Assembly: GCA_038208905.1 (NCBI GenBank)
Contig: JBBQYG010000024.1
Span: 1-34,850, forward strand
DNA length: 34,850 bases
Direction: 5' to 3'
Source of the DNA: Candidatus Sumerlaeia bacterium
GTDB lineage: Bacteria > Sumerlaeota > Sumerlaeia > SLMS01
The notes beneath the pieces were generated by a model. It had not been told where the DNA came from. It ran no database searches and saw only the letters and a program-made list of their open reading frames with translations. The translations under genes were made by a program, and so were the position numbers. Position 1 is the first letter of the stretch; the number at the start of each line of letters is the position of its first letter. Positions 30,580 to 34,850 of the stretch are shown here, in pieces.

Positions 30580-31164
30580 TTATTCCTTCTTCAGCGCGCT
30601 ATCCAGTGCGGCGATCAGCTCGGGGCTGTCGGGCTTCACCTTGGATGTGAAGCGGTTGACAATGCGGCCGTTGCGATCAATCACGAACTTCTCGAAGTTC
30701 CAGCCGACCTCTCCGGGGAAGGGAGACGTCGTGCCGGTGAGCGCGGCATACAGGGGGCTCTTGCCATCGCCCTTGGTCGGCATCTTGGCCTTCAGCGGAA
30801 ACGAGACGTTGTACTTCGTCGCGCAGAACTCCGCGATGTCGGCGTTCGAGCCGGGCTCCTGTCCGCCATAGTCGTTGGAGGGGAACGCAACGACCACCAG
30901 GCCTTGGTCCTTGTAGCGGCGATAGATCGTTTCCAGCCCCGCGTACTGCGGCGTATATCCGCACTTGGAGGCGGTGTTCACCACGAGGACGACCTTGCCG
31001 GAATACTCCTGGGCCAGGGTACCGCTGGTGCCGTCGGCATTTACATAGGGGATCTTGGTGAGGAGGTTGTTGGTGGGCATGGTGGCGACGACTTCTCCGG
31101 GGGCGAGGGTAGGCGAGATCACGGCGAGCAACGCAAGTACAGCGACACAAAGCAGGCGACGCAT
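30580..31164 (-). CDS. Exported Cys-type glutathione peroxidase family protein
   Basis: VNTASKCGYTPQY, FPSN.YG.QEPG, WNFEKF; signal peptide. Confidence 0.95.
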   Translation of the reverse strand: MRRLLCVAVLALLAVISPTLAPGEVVATMPTNNLLTKIPYVNADGTSGTLAQEYSGKVVLVVNTASKCGYTPQYAGLETIYRRYKDQGLVVVAFPSNDYGGQEPGSNADIAEFCATKYNVSFPLKAKMPTKGDGKSPLYAALTGTTSPFPGEVGWNFEKFVIDRNGRIVNRFTSKVKPDSPELIAALDSALKKE

Positions 31165-31345
31165 GGGAGAGGCTCCGCAGGGTGGCTAGTGCAGGCGGGG
31201 GAATGGTGAGAGTAGGGTGGCTTGCCGGGCAAGGGGGGAGATTCGCATGCCGGAAACGGCACTTCGAATCCCCAAGCTCCAGCATCCCCGATCCCCCTTG
31301 CAGGTGGGGCGGTGTTTCGCCTTTCATTCGACATAACACGACGAT

Positions 31346-32689
31346 ATGCCACCGCCCGCCGACATCCGCTCCCGCCTTGACCTGCTTGCCTCGCGCAAGC
31401 GCCAGCGCGACGTGCTGATCGACGAGGTGCGCGGGGGCGCCATCGCGGGGATCAGCACGGCGGCGGAGTTCTTTGCCGGGCGCGCCGAGCAGGGGCGCGA
31501 CGCGCGCGCCACCCTCGTGGAGGGCGCGGAAATCGCCGAGGGCCCCGGCGGGCGGTGCTTCGTCGTGCGCGGGGAGTTCGCCCCCAACGGCGACGGGTTG
31601 CCGATGGCGGGCTGCGCGCCGGTGGATGGCGCGGGGCTGCCGTTGCTGACGACGGGGGAGGTCTCCTCACCGCTCGCGGAGACAGACATCGCGTTTGTCG
31701 ATACGGAGACGACGGGCCTGGCGGGCGGCACGGGCACGGTTGCGTTTCTGGTGGGCGTGGGCTGGTGGGAACAGCGCGGTGGCGAGTCGCGCTTTGTGCT
31801 CGAACAATTCCTGATCGACGATTTCCGCCACGAGGAGGCGATGCTGTCGCGCCTCGTCGCGCGGCTGGCGCCGTTCCGCGCGCTGTGCACCTACAACGGG
31901 CGCCGCTTCGACGTGCCGCTGCTGCGCGCGCGCGCGGTGATGCACCGCATTGCGCCGCGCGCGTGGAGTCGGCCCCAGATCGACCTGCTGGATTTTTCGC
32001 GTCGGCTGTGGAAGGGGCGCATCGGCTCGGTGAGCCTGAAGAACGTGGAGCGCCACATCCTGGGCATCGACCGCGGAGAGGACATCGACGGCGGCCTGAT
32101 CCCGGAGGTTTTCTTTCGCTGGGCGCGGACGGGCGAGGCGCCGTTGATTCCCGCGGTCCTTCGCCACAATGCCCAGGACATCGTGACGCTGGGCGCGTTG
32201 CTGGCCCGGGCATCGCGTATATGCGCCGATCCGATGGGTTGCGGGCTGCTGAATCACCACGCGGAGTTTGCCGCCGCGGCGAAGTGGTTTGAGAAGCGCA
32301 AGGATCCCGCCGCCGCGCGCGCCGCGTGGGAGCGCGCCCTGGAGGCGAGCCGCGGATCGCAGGAGGAGCGCCCGCTGCTCCATCGCCTGGCGCTATATCA
32401 CAAACGCCACGGCGACCGCGAGGAGGCCGCCGCGATCTGGCGCGGGCTTCCGGGGGACAATGACGCCACCATCCAGCTTGCGATGCATCTGGAGCACCGG
32501 CGCCGCGATCCGGCGGAGGCGCTGCGCATCGTGCGCGGGTTGCGCCAGCGGCTGGAGTGGGAGGCCGACATGGCGGCGCTCCGCGATGGCGGAAAAGCGG
32601 CCTCCGCCGCGGCGCTCGCCGATTTGATCAGGAGAGAAGAACGCCTCCTGCGCAAGTCCACCCGATCGGGGGATTCGGCGCGTGGCTGA
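31346..32689 (+). CDS. YprB/MrfB-like RNase H-fold exonuclease with C-terminal TPR-like helices
   Basis: FVDTETTGL.GG.GT.AFLVG, TYNGRRFDVPLL, IDLL..SRRLW, L..VE..ILG..R..DI.G..IP, HN.QDI. Confidence 0.9.
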   Translation: MPPPADIRSRLDLLASRKRQRDVLIDEVRGGAIAGISTAAEFFAGRAEQGRDARATLVEGAEIAEGPGGRCFVVRGEFAPNGDGLPMAGCAPVDGAGLPLLTTGEVSSPLAETDIAFVDTETTGLAGGTGTVAFLVGVGWWEQRGGESRFVLEQFLIDDFRHEEAMLSRLVARLAPFRALCTYNGRRFDVPLLRARAVMHRIAPRAWSRPQIDLLDFSRRLWKGRIGSVSLKNVERHILGIDRGEDIDGGLIPEVFFRWARTGEAPLIPAVLRHNAQDIVTLGALLARASRICADPMGCGLLNHHAEFAAAAKWFEKRKDPAAARAAWERALEASRGSQEERPLLHRLALYHKRHGDREEAAAIWRGLPGDNDATIQLAMHLEHRRRDPAEALRIVRGLRQRLEWEADMAALRDGGKAASAAALADLIRREERLLRKSTRSGDSARG

Positions 32690-33455
32690 GACTCCGCAAT
32701 CGCAACCGTGGTACCACGCCGCATTCGGCGAGGACTATCTGGCGCGCTATGCCCACCGCGACGACGCGGAGGCGGCCCACGCGGTTGCGCTGCTGACCGC
32801 CAACGCGGGACTCGCAACCGGCGCGGCGGTGTTGGACCTGTGCTGTGGCGCGGGGCGGCACCTTGCCCACCTGGGGCGCGCCGGGCTTGCCGCCGTGGGC
32901 GGCGACCTTTCGGAAAAACTCCTCGCCGTCGCCAAGGTCAACGCGGGGCGCCCGCTGGCGCGGCTAGACATGCGGCACCTCCCCTTCGCGGCGGGGTCCT
33001 TCGACCTGGTCGCCAACTTCTTCACCGCGTTTGGCTACTTCCACGGCGATGCGGAGAACTTTGCCGTCTTTGCCGAGGTGCATCGCGTGCTCCGCCCCGG
33101 CGGCTGCCTCGCGCTCGACTTCCTCAACGCGGAGGCGGTGCGCCGCCAGCTTGCGGAAATGCCGCCGGAGGAAGTCATGGAATGCGACGGCGGGGACGCG
33201 TGGGTAATTAGCCGCGGCCTTTCCGCCGATGGGCGCCGCGCGGAGAAGCACCAGTGGCTCCTTCGCGGCGGGCGTTGCGTCCGATCCTTCCAGGAAAGCG
33301 TCCGCCTCTTCTCCCCGGCGGAGATCGACGCGGCGCTCGAATCGCGCGGCTTCGCGATCACGCACCGCTGGGGAAACTACGCTGGCGATGCGTTTGATGC
33401 GGAGGCGAGTTCGCGGTATTTTGCGATGGCGCGGAAAGAGGGGAGTGGGGAATAG
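32682..33455 (+). CDS. Class I SAM-dependent methyltransferase
   Basis: VLDLCCGAGRH, GDLS, DMR.LP, FTAFGYF, LRPGG; overlaps the upstream stop. Confidence 0.93.
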   Translation: MAETPQSQPWYHAAFGEDYLARYAHRDDAEAAHAVALLTANAGLATGAAVLDLCCGAGRHLAHLGRAGLAAVGGDLSEKLLAVAKVNAGRPLARLDMRHLPFAAGSFDLVANFFTAFGYFHGDAENFAVFAEVHRVLRPGGCLALDFLNAEAVRRQLAEMPPEEVMECDGGDAWVISRGLSADGRRAEKHQWLLRGGRCVRSFQESVRLFSPAEIDAALESRGFAITHRWGNYAGDAFDAEASSRYFAMARKEGSGE

Positions 33456-33532
33456 GGAATAGTGCTCTCCCGGGGAGTCTCAACCTGCCCGAGGCTCGAA
33501 TCAGTGCCCATTCCCCATTCCCCTTTCCCGAT
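33441..33532. repeat. Opposed heptamer tandem repeats (STRR-like)
   Basis: gggagtg gggaata gggaata (33441-33461) and tgcccat tccccat tcccctt tcccgat (33505-33532). Confidence 0.7.
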
Positions 33533-33632
33533 CGCAAAGCGATGTCGCGCAGCGGGTGTCGCCTCCCTCGCGCGCGATGTTGTGGATGACGCCGCGGCGC
33601 AGTGGCCGCAGCATCGCCGAAGGTACACGATC

Positions 33633-34463
33633 ATGGATTCTTCCATCGCCGCCACCGCCCTTGCAGAGTTGCGCCGCCAGTTTGACGCGGAGGCGGAGCA
33701 TCCGGACTGGGATGCGATCAGCCGCGCGGCGGGTGTGTCTCGCCGCCAGGTGGAGCGCGCGTTTCGCGCGACGCACGGGACGAGTCCCGCGCGATACTGG
33801 GCCGAACTGAAGGCGCGCGAGGCGGAGCGCCTGCTGCACGCGGGGGCCGACGTGCTGAGCGCGGCGGCGCAGTCCGGCCACAGCGGTCCGGGCCGCCTTC
33901 ACGATGCGATGATTGGCCGGCGCGGCATGACACCCGGCCAGATACGCGCGCGCGGCGCGGGCGTGTCTATGCGCTATGGATTGTTCGAGTCGACGCTCTG
34001 CACGGTGCTGATTGCGGCGACGGATCGCGGGCTCTGCGCGCTGCGGCTCTGCGGAATGCACTCGCCCGAGTGGTGCCTGAATGAGCTGAAGAGCGAGTGG
34101 CCCGGAGCCGAGTTCGCCGAGGACGCGTGCGCGGTGCAGCACTACGCAGACGAACTTGCCGCGTTCCTCGAGCGCCGCTCGGATCGCTTCCTCCCCGACA
34201 TCGACGTGGAGGGGACGCCCTTCCAGCGCGAGGTGTGGGCGGAGCTGCGCAAGCTCCCGCCCGGCGAGACCGCCACCTACTCCGAAATCGCCCACCGCAT
34301 CGGCCGCCCCCGCGCCGCCCGCGCCGTCGGAGCAGCCTGCGCCCGCAACGGCATCGCCATCGCCATCCCCTGCCACCGCGCCGTTGGCAAGGATGGCGCG
34401 CTGACGGGATACCGATGGGGCGTGGAGTTGAAGAGGAAGTTGCTGGAGGCGGAGGGGGAGTAG
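33633..34463 (+). CDS. AraC-HTH + O6-methylguanine-DNA methyltransferase (Ada-like, no Zn domain)
   Basis: GTPFQREVW, TYSEIA..IG.P.AARAVG.AC..N, IPCHR, GYRWG...K..LL..E; N-terminal HTH with R.F....GTSP and GRLHD. Confidence 0.92.
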   Translation: MDSSIAATALAELRRQFDAEAEHPDWDAISRAAGVSRRQVERAFRATHGTSPARYWAELKAREAERLLHAGADVLSAAAQSGHSGPGRLHDAMIGRRGMTPGQIRARGAGVSMRYGLFESTLCTVLIAATDRGLCALRLCGMHSPEWCLNELKSEWPGAEFAEDACAVQHYADELAAFLERRSDRFLPDIDVEGTPFQREVWAELRKLPPGETATYSEIAHRIGRPRAARAVGAACARNGIAIAIPCHRAVGKDGALTGYRWGVELKRKLLEAEGE

Positions 34464-34464
34464 C

Positions 34465-34802
34465 ACGGGTAAGCCAAAGTGGTACAGCATTGGGGTTGAA
34501 TCCCCACTTGGGTTGATCATGGTCCAGAAGGAACGGCTCGCCTTGGCGGCGGACAGCACCGACTGACGCTCGCGAGGCGGGAGCGCGGCGAGCGCGGCTT
34601 CGAGGCGTTGCGTCACGGTCTCCGCCGCCTTGGGCAGTGGGATGGCGACGGGTGCGCGCGGCTTCGGCTTTATCGCGGGGATCAGCTCCGCCACGCGCTC
34701 GGTGGATTGCACCTGTGTTCGATTGAACCCGGTGGGCCGATACGCCATCCACAGGTAACTCACCACTAGCAATGCAAGCACCACGGCGGCACCGATGAGC
34801 AA
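34465..34802 (-). CDS. Partial or remnant membrane-anchored hypothetical protein
   Basis: TM-like LIGAAVVLALLVVSYLW followed by a protein-like stretch. The 5' end is lost at the fold-back and the frame runs antisense into the Ogt gene. Confidence 0.35.
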
Positions 34803-34850
34803 TCGGCGTAACTTGCTAGTGGTGAATTACCTGTGGATGGCGTATCGGCC
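34735..34850. repeat. 38-bp inverted repeat reaching the last base of the window
   Basis: 34813-34850 is the reverse complement of 34735-34772 with one mismatch. Confidence 0.9.

Noticed and set aside
30900-30975. Selenocysteine glutathione peroxidase
   Set aside because: The active-site codon is TGC (Cys), not TGA.

Overview
High-GC bacterial chromosomal segment. A Candidatus Sumerlaeota/BRC1-like origin is inferred from Pro-Thr linker proteins and REP types, not proven. The left end holds nested mobile debris: an IS66 3' fragment cut by a decayed RAYT-like element with 17-bp inverted ends and an internal REP-like palindrome. Next come a GT2 glycosyltransferase, SppA, a DEAD-box helicase, a cyclophilin, an unusual secreted NPF-repeat/FecR/GspG-like protein with a TonB-like partner, and two tandem DUF4034-type paralogues. 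A candidate ~140-nt structured RNA lies directly before a low-GC TcmP + DUF5131 pair. The right half carries several secreted modular hydrolases, ClpP, a K+-independent membrane pyrophosphatase, a nuclease cassette flanked by a 160-bp direct repeat with a sigma-54-like promoter and enhancer, a DUF4394 protein, glutathione peroxidase, and a YprB/methyltransferase/Ogt cluster. The window ends in a 38-bp fold-back, probably an artefact. Best candidates for an undescribed system: (1) RNA + TcmP + DUF5131, (2) the FecR-pseudopilin/TonB-like/DUF4034 cluster, (3) the promoter-duplicating nuclease cassette.
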